A stretch of 64,000 nucleotides of DNA from Mobula hypostoma (taxonomy: Eukaryota). The notes beneath the pieces were generated by a model. The model was not told the origin of the DNA. It saw only the letters and a program-made list of their open reading frames with translations, and made no database searches. A program made the translations under genes and the position numbers. The first letter of the stretch is position 1. Each line of letters starts with the position of its first letter. Of the stretch, positions 1 through 13,347 are shown in pieces. The DNA is taken from assembly GCF_963921235.1 (NCBI RefSeq), contig NC_086097.1, positions 248,622,001-248,686,000 on the forward strand. Direction: 5' to 3'.

Positions 1-249
1 CCTCACCTATTCAACCTTTCCCTATAACTCAGGTCCTCAAGTCCCGGCAACATCCTTGAAGTTTTCTCCGCACTCTTTCAACCTTCTTTACATCTTTCCT
101 GTAGGTAGATGACCGAAACCGTACACAGTACCCCAAATTAGACCTCGGCAACATCTGGTAAATGAATATGGAGAATAAAGTTGATCCTTTATCCTGTCTC
201 AAACTGTCAGGGATCCACAATAATTTAATGGGTAAAATTACAATAGGAA

Positions 250-815
250 ATATATACACATAAAAATATTTTAAAAATACATAAGTAGTGCAAAGAAAGC
301 AAAAATAGTGAGGAATAGTTCATGGGTTCATTGTTCGTTCAGAAATCTGATGATGAAGGGCAAGAAGGTGTTCCTGAAACATTGAGTGTGTATCTTCAGG
401 CTCCTGTTCCTCCTCTCTGATGCCAGCAATCAATCAGAAGAGGGCATAAGGGGTCTGTAATGTTGGAATGCCACCCTCCTGAGGCATCGCCTTTTGAAGG
501 TGTCCTCGACGGTGGGAGGCCAGTGCCCATGATGGAGCTGGCTGAGTTTACAACTCTCTGCAGCTTTTTCCAGACCCTCCATGCTGGACAGTGATACAAC
601 CAGACAGAATGCTTTCCACAGTACATCTGTAGAAGTGTACCAGCGTCGTATGTCACGTACCAGATCTCCTACTCCTGATGAAATATAGCCAATGGCCTGC
701 CTTCTTAGTAATTGCATCAGCATGTTGCGCCCAGGGTAGACTCAGAGATGTTGACACCCAGGAAACTTGAAACTGCTCACCCTTTCCACTGCCGACCCCT
801 CGATCAGGACTGGCG
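250..815 (-). mobile_element. Rex/Babar- or L2-like LINE 3' fragment (RT C-terminal region), decayed
   Basis: Minus-strand peptides 'VERVSSFKF', 'ITKKAGHWLYFIR' and 'KKLQRVVNSASSIMGT' match the region seen more completely in ORF 34013-34567; frameshifted. Confidence 0.7.
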
Positions 816-1025
816 TGTGTAAGAATAAGGAGAATTGCTTTGGTGACAATATCCAACACATTCCGGCCTTGTTTGCATGGAACAGGTTTGAGGTGTATGG
901 GTGTATGTGTCTCCAGGTGTTAAAGGGATGTTGTGAAACAACCTCCCACAGCTTCTCAACTGCTGTTTTATTTTCAGCGGATTGGAGTTCAGTTTGAGCC
1001 TTGGTTTGCTGGCAAAGGGGACCAG

Positions 1026-1410
1026 AGTCCATGGCCAATTCAACTTCCCATTCCCATTTCCATTCTGATTTGTTGGTCTATGGTCAATACAACTTCCCAT
1101 TCCCTTTCTGATATGTCAGTCCATAGCCAATTCAAATTCTCATTCCCATTCCGACATGTCAGTCCATGGATAATTCAACTTCCCATTCCCATTCCGATAT
1201 ATCAGTCCATGGATAATTCAAATTCTCAATCCCATTCTGACATGTCAGTCCATGAATAATTCAACTTCCCATTCCCATTCTGATATATCAGTCCATGGAT
1301 AATTCAACTTCCCATTCCCATTCTGATATATCAGTCCATGGATAATTCAACTTCCCATTCCTATTCTGATATGACAGTCCATGGACAATTTGACTTTCCA
1401 TTCCCATTCA
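1026..1410 (+). repeat. 43-bp minisatellite, about 9 diverged copies, derived from a Penelope-like element
   Basis: Unit tcagtccatggataattcaacttcccattcccattctgatata; unit starts at 1202, 1245, 1288, 1331 and 1374 (43-bp period); runs directly into PLE sequence. Confidence 0.85.
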
Positions 1411-1945
1411 GGTATCTCAGTCCTCCACTACTGACACAACGAGACCAAACTCAAGTTGGAGGAGGAACACCTTATATTCTGTCTCTCTCTCTGGGAAGCC
1501 TTGAAGCTGATGGCATGAACATTGATATCTGTAATTTCTGGTGTTTCCACTCCCCTCCCACCTACCACCCACCACTTCTCTCTGTTCCCATTCCCCATTC
1601 TGGTTCCCCTCTTACCCCTTCTTTTCTCCTCACCTCCTCTCCTCCTTCCTTTTCTCCTATGGTCCACTGTCTTCTCCTATCAGATTCCTCCTTCTTCAGC
1701 CATTTATCTCTTCCACCTATCATGTCCCAGCTTCTTACTTCATTCCCCCCTCCCCTACCCACCTTCCCCCTCACCTGATCTCACCTATCACCTGCCAGTG
1801 TGTACTCCTCCCCCGCCCCCACTTCTTATCCTGACTTCTTCCCTCTTCCCTTCCAGTCTTGAAGGGTTTTGGCCTGAAATGGCCACTGTTAATTCCTCTC
1901 CGTGATGTTGCCTGACCTGCTGAGTTCCTCCAGCGTTTTATGTAT
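1410..1945 (+). mobile_element. Penelope-like element 3' remnant with degenerate hammerhead
   Basis: Sequence equivalent to 'LKLEEQHL...GSL..DGMNID', pyrimidine-rich UTR, decayed HHR at about 1853-1888 and the 'gctgcctgacctgctgagttcctccagc'-type end. Confidence 0.75.
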
Positions 1946-2739
1946 GTTTCAAAACGAAGGATGAGTTTTGTGTTTTGGAAGGCAGGCTGCTGAGTTCTGA
2001 GACTGCTTTGTGCTGGGGTGGAGGCTCTTGAGCAAAGACTATTGAAGATTTCATCAACAGCCTTCAGATGTTGGGAACATTCCACTCAGTGTCAAACAGA
2101 ACAACACAGTCATGAGAAAGGCCAAAGTGAGCTCAAGCAGAAAATAATCACTGAAATCTGGCTAAAAGTTTCCGACATCCCATAAAACAAATTATTCAAT
2201 TCTGACTAAACATAATTACTTAGGCAATTTACAAAGTTTAAAATCAGCAGCTTCAAACAAGCTCAATTCTTATATCTAACAACAAGCTTAATGACAAGGT
2301 AAAGGGATCACTTTGACTTCATGATCAGCCTCTTCATTTCGTGTGGAGAGAGGATATTACTCCCTCTGAACTTTCACTTATTAGAACAGAACAGTACAGA
2401 CACTTTATCCAAAAATGTGTCAACGTTATAATCTACTCCAAGATCAATCTGACCCTTCCCTCCTACATAGCCCTCCATGTTTCTATCATCCATGTGCCTA
2501 GCCAAGAGTCTCTTAAATGTCCCTCACGTATCTGCCTCCACCACCACCCCCGGCAGCACATTCCATGCACCTCTGTTGAAAATCTTAACTCTGACATCCT
2601 CCCACAAACCTGAGAAAATCTGCAAATGCTGGAAATCCAAATAAACACAAACAAAATGCTGGAGGAGCTCAGCAGGCCAGGCAGCATCTATGGAAATGAA
2701 TAAACAGTCGACGATTCGGGCCGAGATCCTTCATCAGAC

Positions 2740-3020
2740 CCTGTAGTAATTTTATGTACATATTGCACTGCACTGCTGCCGTAAAATAAAAACAAATTTC
2801 ATGTCATGACATATGTGAGTGATTCTGATATGGGTCTGTATTGTGGCCTGAGAGTGGGAAGGGGGCAGGGAGAGGGGAATCATGGTTGGGAAAATGGGAT
2901 GGAGAGGGGAGGGAGTGGGAAGCACCAGAGAGACATTCTGTAATGATCAATAAACCAATTGTTTGGAATCAAGTGACCTTGCCTGGTGTCTCAGTGCTGG
3001 GTGTGTCTGCACCCACACCA
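2740..3020 (+). repeat. Unclassified interspersed repeat (copies also at about 9060-9430 and 61950-62350)
   Basis: Three near-identical copies of 'atgggtctctattgtggactgagagtgggaagggg...gcaccagagagacattctgtaatgatcaataaaccaattgtttggaatcaa', each following a LINE-like (ctgatt) tail. Confidence 0.75.
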
Positions 3021-3074
3021 CCCTCTGTCCAAGTTAACAAATACAGTACTGAGCAAAAGTCCTAGGGACCCCAG

Positions 3075-3106
<32 letters not shown>

Positions 3107-4459
3107 TTTGCCCAGTACTGTCAAGCTGTCAAAAGAGAAGAAATATAGTGAGATAGTGTTCATGGGTTCATTTCCATTCGTCCATTTGATTGCAGAGGGG
3201 AGCATTATGTGGTTGTTATACTCATCCGTTTCAGTAAGCCAGCCAGCATCTTCAAATACCCACCCTTCTGCGACCTCCTCTCTTCTTCCTTCTCCCATTG
3301 TGCCTGGGGAAGGTGGGGGTCATTGGGTTTCTAACGTTTTCTGTCATTCATTCTTTGGGATTTTTCTTCGCGCTGTTTTATGGATGTCTGTGAAGAGTAA
3401 GAATTTCAAGTTGTATGCTGTACACTCATCCCTGACATTGTGACTTCGCACTGAACAGAGCTACATGGCTGCAAGCTAATTCTCCCCATCTAACGGGAAG
3501 GGGCCAGGCAGGTGGCTAAGCTGGTTAACTTGGGGCATTGTGTACGATCTTGGTCACTCTTTTGTCAGAAAGACATCATCAAGCCAGAGAGGTGCAGAAG
3601 ATATTTAGGATGACGCTGCCTGGACGAGAGGGCCTAAGTTATAGAGAGAGGTTGGCTACGCTGGATCTTTATTCCTTGGAGTGCAGGAGATTGAGGGGTG
3701 ACCTCAGAGAAGTTCATAAAATTTTGAAGGCTGTAGATAAGGTATCATAGTTTTTTTTCCCCAGGGTTGGCGAGTCCTAAACTAAAGAATACAATAGTTG
3801 AATAGATCAATTGTTCACGTTTAAATTTCATCCAGCCATACATGAACACCCATGTATACAGTCAAATGAACCAGTGTTACTCCGGTGCCAAACACAGTGC
3901 CAACAGTCACACAAAGCACAAGGCGTAGCAAGTACATATAGAGTCATGGAAGAGTACAGCAGAGAAACAGGCTCTGCTACTCCATGCCAAACCAGTTAAA
4001 CAGCCTACTCCCATCCACCTGCACCAGGATCATAGGTCTCCATACAAATACCATCCATGTAACCGACCTTACTTCTCTTAAACGTTGAAATCGAGCTCAC
4101 GCGCGCTTGTTGGCTGTTCATTCCACACTCTCACCACCCTCTGAGTGAAGAAGTTTCCCCTCATGTTCACCTTAAACATTTCACCCTTAACCCACGACCT
4201 CTGATTGAAGTCCCACCCAACCTCAGTGGAAAAAGCCTGCTTGCATTTACCCTATCTATACCTCTCACAATTTTGTATATATCAAATCTCCTCTCAGTCT
4301 TCTATGTTCCACGGAATAAAGTCCAAACCCATTTAATCTTTCCTTATAACTCAAGGCCTCCATTCCTGGCAACATCCTTGTAGATTATCTCTGTATTCTT
4401 TCAACCTTATTTACATCTCCCCTGTAGGTAGGTGACTAAAACTGCACACAGTTCTCCTA

Positions 4460-5014
4460 GCAACACTCATCAAAGTTGCTGGTGAACGCAGCAGGCCAGG
4501 CAGCATCTCTAGGAAGAGGTACAGTCGATGTTTCAGGCCGAGACCCTTCGTCAGGACTAACTAAAGGAAGAGTTAGTAAGAGATTTGAAAGTGGGAGGGG
4601 GAGGGGGAGATACAAAATGATAGGAGAAGACAGGAGGGGGAGGGATGGAGCCAAGAGCTGGACAGGTGATTGGCAAAAGGGATATGAGAGGATCATGGGA
4701 CAGGAGGCCCAGGGAAAAGGAAAAGGGGGAGGGGGGAAAAACCCAGAGGATGGGCAAGGAGTATAGTCAGAGGGCCAGAGGGAGAAAAAGGAGAGAGAAA
4801 AAAAGAATGTGTATATAAACAAATAAGGGATGGGGTACGAGGGAGAGGTGGGATATTAGCAGAAGTTTGAGAAGTCAATGTTCATGCCACAGGTTGGAGG
4901 CTACCCAGACGGAATATAAGGTGTTGTTCCTCCAACCTGAGTGTGGCTTCATCTTGACAGTAGAGGAGGCCGTGGATAGACATGTCAGAATGGTAATGAA
5001 ATGTGGAATTAAAA
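4460..5014 (-). mobile_element. Penelope-like element 3' fragment inserted in CR1, 8-bp TSD
   Basis: TTCTCCTA at 4452-4459 and 5015-5022; near-identical to the PLE arms at 57020-57816. Confidence 0.85.
4522..4559 (-). ncRNA. Minimal hammerhead ribozyme motif (helix III palindrome mutated)
   Basis: Minus strand reads tagtc-CTGACGA-agggtctcggcct-GAAACATC-gactg. Confidence 0.55.
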
Positions 5015-7814
5015 TTCTCCTAATTTGGACTCACCAGCATCTTATACAACTTCAACATAATATCCCATCTCCTGTACTCAACACATTGATTTACAAAGGC
5101 CAATGTGCCACAAGCTTTGTTTACATCCCTAACTACCTGTGACACTACTTTCAATGAATTATGTACCTGTTTTGCCAGATGCCTTTGTTCTACCGCACCC
5201 CTCAGTGCCCTACCGTTCACTGTGTAAGTCCTACCCTGGCTGGTCCTACCAAAGTGCAAAACCCTAATGCACTTGCCTGCATTAAATGCCATCTGCCATT
5301 TTTCAGTCCATTTTTCCAGCTGATGCAGATCGCCTTTGTAAGCCATGATAGTCTATCTGGCTGTCTGCCACACCCCCAAATTTGCTGACCAGTTAATGCA
5401 TTATCATCCAGATTGTTGATATAGATGACAAACAACAATAGATCGAGCTCCGATCCCTGCAGCACACCACTAGTTACAGGCCTCCAGGCAGAGGGGCAGC
5501 CTTCTACTACCTCTCTAGCTTCTCTCACAAAGCCAAAATCTAGTCCAGTTTACTAGGTCATCTTGGATGCCAAGACTCCGAACCTTCTTAACCAAATTCC
5601 ATGCAAGACTACTTCAAACACCATGCTAAGTCCATGTAGACAACATCTACTGCCTTGCCTTCATCAACTGTCCCAGTAACTTCTTTGAAGAACTCTAAAA
5701 GATTGGTTAGATACTACCTACCACGCACAAAGCCATGCTGTCTATCCTTAATCAGACCATGCCTATACAAATACATATATATCCAGTCCATTAGAATACT
5801 TTTCACTAACTTTCCCACAAATGACGTCAGGCTCACCAGCCTATTATTTCCAGATTCCTGTTCAGAGCCTTTTTTAAACAGTGGAACAACTTTGCCTATC
5901 CTCTAATCCTCTGGTAGCTCTCCTGTCGCTAAGGATGATTTAAATATGTCTCATAGGGCCCAGCAATTTCTGCACTTGTCTCCCGTAGGGTCCGAGGGAA
6001 CAGCTTGTCGGGTCCTGGGGATTTATCCACCCTGATTTGCCTCAGGCCAGCAAACCCCTCCCCCTCTATAATATGTACAAGGGCAATAAAGTTGATGCCA
6101 TTTGCCTCACTTCTATAGACTCTGCGTCCATCTCCAGAGCAAATACAGATGCAGAAAATCTATTTAAGATCTCCCCCATCTGTTTTGGCTCCACACATCG
6201 ATTACCATTCTGATCTTCTGGAGGACCAACTTTGTCCCTTGCAATCCTTCTGCTCTTAACATATATGTAGAAACCCTTGGGATTCTCCTTCACCTTGCAT
6301 GCTAGGGCAACATCATACCTTCTTTTAGCCCTCCTGATTTCTTTCTTAAGTGTCCCTTGCAATCCTTATACTCCACAAGCACCTCATTTGTTCCCACCTG
6401 CCTATACCTGCTATGCACTCCATTTTTTTCTTAACTAGCATCTCAATATCGCTTGAAAACCAAGGCTCCCTGAACCTGTTATCACTACTTTTAATTCTGC
6501 CAGGCTCATGCAAGCTTTACTCTCAGAATTTCACTTTTGACGGCCTCCTACTTACTAAATACACATAAAGTCATAGAGTCTTAGAAAAGTACAGCAGAGA
6601 AACAGGCTATTCTGCCTCATCTAGACCATCCCAAACCATTTAAACTGTCTATTTCCATCGACCTGCATTCGGACCATAGCCCTCCAAACCCCTACCATCC
6701 ATCTACCCATCCAAACTTCTCTTAAACATTGAGATTGATTGGGCATGCAACTCTTGCCCTGACAGCTCATTCTACATTCTCACGGTCCTCTGAGTGCAGA
6801 AGTTTCCCCTCATGTTCCCCTTTCACTCTTAACACATGACCTCTAGTTGTAGTCCCACCCAAGCTCAGTGGAAAAGCCTTTGCCAGAAAATAGCCTGTCC
6901 CAATTCACACTTGCCAGATCCTTTCTGATACAATCAAAATTGGCCTTTCTCCAATTTAGAATCTCAACTATGGACCAGACCTATCTTTTTGGTATATTTA
7001 CTTTAAAACTATTTACTTTGAAACTAATGGCATTATGATCACTGGATGCAAATTGTTCCCCTACACAAACTTCTGTCACCTGCCCTGTCTCATGCCATAA
7101 TAGCAGATCAGGTATCACTGTCTCACCGGGACATCTACGTACTGATGAAGGAGACTTTCCTGAACACATCTGACAAACCCTATCCCATCTCGTCCTTTTA
7201 CAGTTTGGGAATCCCAATCAATACGTGGAAAGTTAAAATCACCGACTATAACAACCTTATGTTTCTTGCAACAGTCTCTACAAATTTGTTCCTCTAAATC
7301 CCTCGGACTGTTCAGTGATGCAGCCCCATTAACGTTGTTATACCTTTCTTATTTCTCAGTTCCAACCATAACACCTCACTAGTCGAGTTCTCCAGTCTGT
7401 CCTCACTGAGCACTGCCATAACATTTTCCCTGACTAGTAACACCACCTATCCTCCTTTAATCCCTTCTGTTCCGTCACATCTAAAGCAACAGTACTCCGG
7501 AACACAGTCCTGTCCCTCTTGCAACCAAGTCTCACTAATGGGTACAATATCACCATTCTATGTGTTCATCCATGTCCTGAGCTCATCTGCCTTTCCTATG
7601 ATAGTTCATACATATGTGCAGTTCAGAACATTAACTGCACCATGCTCAACCTTTTGATTCCTAACTTTGTCTCAGGTCTTCCCAACATCTATCTCCACAG
7701 CCTCTCCACTAGCTATACTGGCATCCTGATTCCAATCCCCCTGCAACTCGAGTTTAAACCCCACTGTGTAGCACAAGCAAACCTTCCTGCGAGGGTATTA
7801 TTCCCTCGTTTTCT

Positions 7815-8165
7815 TCAATGACCTGGAGACCATGTTGGCTGGAGTCAGGGCTTTATGGTTTGGCACTTGGTAGGGTCACCCAAACCAAACAGGTCAAAGG
7901 GTCCACCAGTCCTCCAGGTTTGGAGAATCAGCTCCGGGTTAACGACTCTGACTGGTCAATGCAAAATATTACAGAAATAGCAATAAAGAATCCTTCTACA
8001 TCTGAGTACAGTGGTATTCCTGAGTCTCCCTCCACCCAGGACTTGCATGACTGACAGAGGTGAAAACTGAGAGGTAGCTACTGACATGATGAAGGAAACC
8101 CATGAATATTGCCAGAGATGGAGGACCTTCATTGCTGCCCTAAAACGCCAGTGGCACAACGGGCA
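7815..8165 (+). mobile_element. RTE-derived non-autonomous element (homolog on minus strand at about 40050-40340)
   Basis: Ends in RTE-like 'agagatggaggaccttcattgctgcccta...gggcagtaa', the same 3' end as the RTE C-terminal fragment at about 55000-55170. Confidence 0.6.
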
Positions 8166-8345
8166 GTAACAACGGGCAGCACAACAGGCAGTAACAATGG
8201 GCAGCACAATGGGCAGCACAACGGGCAGTAACAACGGGCAGCACAACGGGCAGTAACAATGGGCAGCACAATGGGCAGCACAATGGGCAGTAACAACGGG
8301 CAGCACAACGGGCAGTAACAACGGGCAGCACAATGGGCAGTAACA
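8153..8345 (+). repeat. Minisatellite of alternating caa(c/t)gggcagca and caa(c/t)gggcagtaa units
   Basis: Direct reading; continuous with the 3' terminus of the preceding RTE-derived element. Confidence 0.9.
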
Positions 8346-9700
8346 TGCTGGCGCCATACTGGCATTACGCTAACCTCTACACTACCATGCCACCTGTGCA
8401 TAACGAAGGGTGGAATTCCTTCTGTATGCACAAAAGAGGGCACTGACAGAGACACAAAGTCCAAGGTCGTTCATTGCCTTAAAAACCCTATCAACATCAG
8501 AATGTGTAAGCCTAGTGTGACGGTTTTCTGACGGCATTATCAGCAGCCAGAATCCTCAAGACATTTTTTCCCAATTCTTACACCCGCTGCAGTGGCAGCT
8601 GGTGGTCCATGTCAGGAATAGGAACAAAGACCCCCTGCGGATTTGCAAATTTATGGGCAAGGATCTGCCTGCCAGAATTCCCCAAAGAGACAGCTCAGCT
8701 TCCTTCAACTGCAGTGTTGGCTCGCCCCTTGGACTGGAGGCATGCTTTGGAGGACCACAGAATGTGGGGGAATCGGTTACATCTTCATCAAGGGCAAACA
8801 TAGACACAGGCAAACAGCCCACACAGCATGTTAAGTTATTACCATGTACAGAGAAACTCTTCTTGCCTGCTGTTAGAACATAGAACAGTACAGGCCCTTC
8901 GACCCACGATGTTGTGTACCCTTTTAACGCACTCAAAGATCAATCTAAACCTTCCCCCCCACATAACCCTCCATTTTTCTTTGATCCATATGAAAGTCTA
9001 AGTGTTTCTTAAAATTCCTTAATATTTCTGCCTCCATCACCAGCACAGGCAGTGCATTCCACACATGTGAGTGATGATAAACCTGATTCTGATATGGGTC
9101 TCTATTGTGGACTGAGAGTGGGAAGGGGGCAGGGAGAGGGGAATCATGGTTTGGAGAAGGGGGAGGGAGAATGGAGGGAGTGGGAAGCACCAGAGAGACA
9201 TTCTGTAATGATCAATAAGCCAATTGTTTGGAATCAAATTACATTGCCTGGTGTCTCAGGGATGGGTGTATCTGCACCCATGCCACCCTCACCCCTGGTA
9301 CTCCTTCTCTGCCACCTGTCCCTCACCCCTCCCGGGGTGCTCCTCTCTCATCAGTCCCAACGTCCATTGCTCCCACCAGATCTACAAACTCGCTTTCTGC
9401 TCCACATTGACGAATACTGTACTGTATAAAAGCCTTAGGCACCCGAGCTGTAGATATCTGTCTTGCACAGTACTGTACCACAGCCATTTAGAAGCTGTCC
9501 TTGAGCATGGCGGTACGTGCTGACTGGCTTTTGTATCTTCTGCCTGAAGGGGGAAGGAATAAGAGCGAATGTACAGGGTGGGTGGAGTCTTTGGCGACGC
9601 TAGCGCTTGACCAAGGCAGTGAGCATTATAGACTGAGTCCAGGGAGGGAAAGTTAGTTTCTATGATGTGTTGAGTTGTGTCTGCAACTCTCCCATACCAT

Positions 9701-10010
9701 GGGCACCATGATAGTGTAGTGGTTAGCCTGACACTATTACAGCTCAGGGTGTCGGAGTTCGGAGTTCAATTCTGCTGTCATCTGTAAAGCGTCTATACTT
9801 TCTCCCCCTGGAATGCGTGGGTTTTCCCCGGGTGCTCTGGTTTCCTCCCACAGTCCAAAGACGTACCAGTTAGTAGGTTAACTGGCTCTTGTAAGTTGTC
9901 CTATGATTAGACTAGGGTTAAGTCGGGATTGTCTGGCGTTGTGAGGCTATTTTTCCCAAAGGGCCAGAAAGGCCAACTGAGCACTGTGTCTCTAAATAAA
10001 ATAAAAATAT
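9701..10010 (+). mobile_element. tRNA-derived V-SINE-like element (HE1-type)
   Basis: A-box-like 'tagtgtagtggtt', B-box-like 'ggagttcaattc', V-domain-like 'gcgtgggttttccccgggtgctctggtttcctcccacagtccaaagacgt', A-rich tail. Other copies at about 17240-17430, 28550-28822 and 44158-44395 (+), and 35370-35590 and 52090-52385 (-). Confidence 0.75.
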
Positions 10011-10244
10011 AAGTGATTGTGTGCTGGAGGACAAAAGGATCCAGAATATTTCAGGTGCCCAGGTATCCGGAGTTTTACCTGGTGGAAGTGAGCTCAGTGC
10101 TTTTGCTTTCCAGAGGATGGGCTTCAACTTCAGGAAACTGGAATCCCGAAATGGTGCAAGAGACAGCCAGGTGCAAAACAGGGAAAATGTTTGAAGCTTT
10201 GGAAGCCCTTTCAGATCAGAGTCAAGCTTATTATCCAGGCCCAG

Positions 10245-10830
10245 ATCTCCAGATGGCCACACATTTCAATTAGATTTCCCGTTCTGATTCCGAATGCCAG
10301 TCCGTGGTCTCCTCTACTGCCATGGTCAAGCTGGCCTCAGGTTGGAGGAGCAAAGCCTCATCTTGGTAGCTTTCAACCTGATGGCATGAACATCGATTTC
10401 TCTAATTTCTGGTAATTTCTCTCCCTCCCTCTTTCCCCTTCCTCCCTTATTATTCTGGTTTCTTTCCTCTTCCTTTCCACTCCTGATGAAGGGTCTCAGA
10501 CCAAAACATTCACTGTTTATTCCTCTCCATAGATGCTGTCCGACCTTCAGAGTTCCTCCAGCATTTTTTGTGTGTTGATCTGGATTCCCAGCATCTGCAG
10601 AATCTCTTGTGTTTATGATTTAGTGCACAGTGTAGATACACAGGCTCCCTCCCCTCATTTTCATATTCTGGCTTCTGCCTCCTTCATTTCCAGTGTTGAT
10701 GAAGGATCTCTGCCCAAAACATTCGCTGTTTATTCCTCCCATAGATGTTGCCTGACCTGCTGAGTTTCTCCAGCATTTAGTGTGTGTTACTCTGGATTTC
10801 CAGCATCTGCAGATTTTCTCTTGTTCGTGA
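10245..10830 (+). mobile_element. Two tandem PLE terminal remnants with degenerate hammerheads
   Basis: 'cctgatgaagggtctcagaccaaaacattcactg' at about 10482-10515 and 'gttgatgaaggatctctgcccaaaacattcgctg' at about 10695-10728; GAAA is mutated to AAAA in both. Confidence 0.7.
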
Positions 10831-11820
10831 TCCACAGAATCTCTCGTATCTCCGACATCCTTTGAGGACGCATGTCTTCTGAGGATAGATTGAGTGAGCT
10901 AGCGTTTTTCTCTTTGAGAAGCTCGAGGGTACAAGATGATAACAGGCGAAGATCAAGTACACAGTCAGAACCTTTTTCCAGGACGGCAATGCCTAATACT
11001 TTTGAAGTGATTGGTAGGAGGTAGAGAAAGAGAGTCAGAGATAAGTTTTTTTATGTAGAGAGTGATGGGTGCATGGAACACCCTGACAGGGATTATTATA
11101 TAGGCAAATTCGTTAGGGACATTTTAAAAACTCTTAGATTCTTAAATGCAGCACAAGATTGCACTCGAACTGAGCTGAACTGAGTATGCCTGGACTCTTT
11201 CAATTTTGTTTTTTAATATTCTGCATTTTTCATTAAGTTTTTTTTTGCCATTTATGTTATTTGATTTTCTTTTCTTGCGCTTTGGGGGTCTGATGTTTCT
11301 CTTTGAACAGGTTCCATGGTTTTCTTTGTTTCTGTAGGGAAGTGCATGGAGAAATGTACTGTGAATCTTTGGGATAGGCACGTGGATGATGGAAAAATGG
11401 AGGCTATGTAGGAGGGAAGGGTTAGATTGATCTTAGAGTAGGTTAGGAGATTAGCAGAACCTTGTGGGCTGAAGGGCCTGTACTGTGCTGTAGTGTTCTG
11501 TGTCCTTTGTTCTATGACCCAGCAACTTCTGAACTGACACATATCTGCTTTCCACTCCTAGGGCTTTTCTCTGCAGACAGTGAGATTTTTATTTTGATGT
11601 CCATCTGTTGCACAAAGATCTTCAAAACAAAACTTTCCACCGTGTAAGCTGGGACCTCTTGAATGCACAAATGGGCTGTTTTATTGCCGGCCAAAGCAAT
11701 CCCCTTGATTTTGTACACATGATTTCAGTTGCCAGTTCAACTGGGAACATTCCAAGCTCCATATATCCTGCTGTTTCACGATGCTGCCTCAAGTCGCTGG
11801 AACACTCTACCATTCCGAGC

Positions 11821-13347
11821 TTAACCATCCGTTTCAATGCAACCTCCCCTTCCCATTCCAACGTCCTGGTCTATGACCTCCCCTAGATTAACCATTTCAA
11901 TGCAACCTCCCCTTCCCATTCCAACGTCCTGGTCTATGACCTCCCCTAGATTAACCATTTCAATGCAACCTCCCCTTCCCATTCCAACGTCCTGGTCTAT
12001 GACCTCCCCTAGATTAACCATTTCAATGCAACCTCCCTTTCCCATTCCAACGTCCTGGTCTATGACCTCCCCTAGATTAACCATTTCAATGCAACCTCCC
12101 CTTCCCATTCCAACGTCCTGGTCTATGACCTCCCCTAGATTAACCATTTCAATGCAACCTCCCCTTCCCATTCCAACGTCCTGGTCTATGACCTCCCCTA
12201 GATTAACCATTTCAATGCAACCTCCCTTTCCCATTCCAACGTCCTGGTCTATGACCTCCCCTAGATTAACCATTTCAATGCAACCTCCCCTTCCCATTCC
12301 AACGTCCTGGTCTATGACCTCCCCTAGATTAACCATTTCAATGCAACCTCCCCTTCCCATTCCAACGTCCTGGTCTATGACCTCCCCTAGATTAACCATT
12401 TCAATGCAACCTCCCCTTCCCATTCCAACGTCCTGGTCTATGACCTCCCCTAGATTAACCATTTCAATGCAACCTCCCTTTCCCATTCCAACGTCCTGGT
12501 CTATGACCTCCCCTAGATTAACCATTTCAATGCAACCTCCCCTTCCCATTCCAACGTCCTGGTCTATGACCTCCCCTAGATTAACCATTTCAATGCAACC
12601 TCCCTTTCCCATTCCAACGTCCTGGTATATGACCTCCCCTAGATTAACCATTTCAATGCAACCTCCCCTTCCCATTCCAACGTCCTGGTCTATGACCTCC
12701 CCTAGATTAACCATTTCACTGCAACCTCCCTTTCCCATTCCAACGTCCTGGTCTATGACCTCCCCTAGATTAACCATTTCAATGCAACCTCCCCTTCCCA
12801 TTCCAACGTCCTGGTCTATGACCTCCCCTAGATTAACCATTTCAATGCAACCTCCCCTTCCCATTCCAACATCCTGGTCTATGACCTCCCCTAGATTAAC
12901 CATTTCAATGCAACCTCCCCTTCCCATTCCAACGTCCTGGTCTATGACCTCCCCTAGATTAACCATTTCAATGCAACCTCCCCTTCCCATTCCAACGTCC
13001 TGGTCTATGACCTCCCCTAGATTAACCATTTCAATGCAACCTCCCTTTCCCATTCCAACGTCCTGGTCTATGACCTCCCCTAGATTAACCATTTCAATGC
13101 AACCTCCCCTTCCCATTCCAACGTCCTGGTCTATGACCTCCCCTAGATTAACCATTTCAATGCAACCTCCCCTTCCCATTCCAACGTCCTGGTCTATGAC
13201 CTCCCCTAGATTAACCATTTCAATGCAACCTCCCTTTCCCATTCCAACGTCCTGGTCTATGACCTCCCCTAGATTAACCATTTCAATGCAACTTCCCCTT
13301 CCCATTCCAACGTTCAGGTCCATGGCCTCCTCTAGATTAACGATTTC
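11821..13347 (+). repeat. Highly homogeneous 63-bp tandem repeat, about 24 copies
   Basis: Unit ttaaccatttcaatgcaacctcccYttcccattccaacgtcctggtctatgacctcccctaga; about two further diverged units at 14313-14430, beyond a CR1 insertion. Confidence 0.97.

Larger units (their letters stand above)
3940..7810 (-). mobile_element. CR1-clade LINE, decayed ORF2 (endonuclease end to RT to 3' UTR), with nested insertions
   Basis: Minus-strand peptides 'VTSGVLQGSELDLLLFVIYINNLD', 'SSDHNAISF', 'KEIRRAKRRY..LACKVKENPKGFY' and 'EKWQMAFNAGKC'. Confidence 0.85.

Noticed and set aside
7956..8464. Cys-rich, metallothionein-looking ORFs
   Set aside because: Translations of the 12/13-bp minisatellite.
8400..8870. 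Unique islands as coding exons (also about 1960-2380, 11520-11820, 31640-32200, 33480-33800, 54480-54780 and 60060-60540)
   Set aside because: No recognisable protein similarity and no consistent splice-bounded reading frame seen; small or non-coding exons cannot be excluded by eye.
11821..13347. CRISPR-like array
   Set aside because: Units are contiguous with no unique spacers, there are no cas genes, and the context is eukaryotic.
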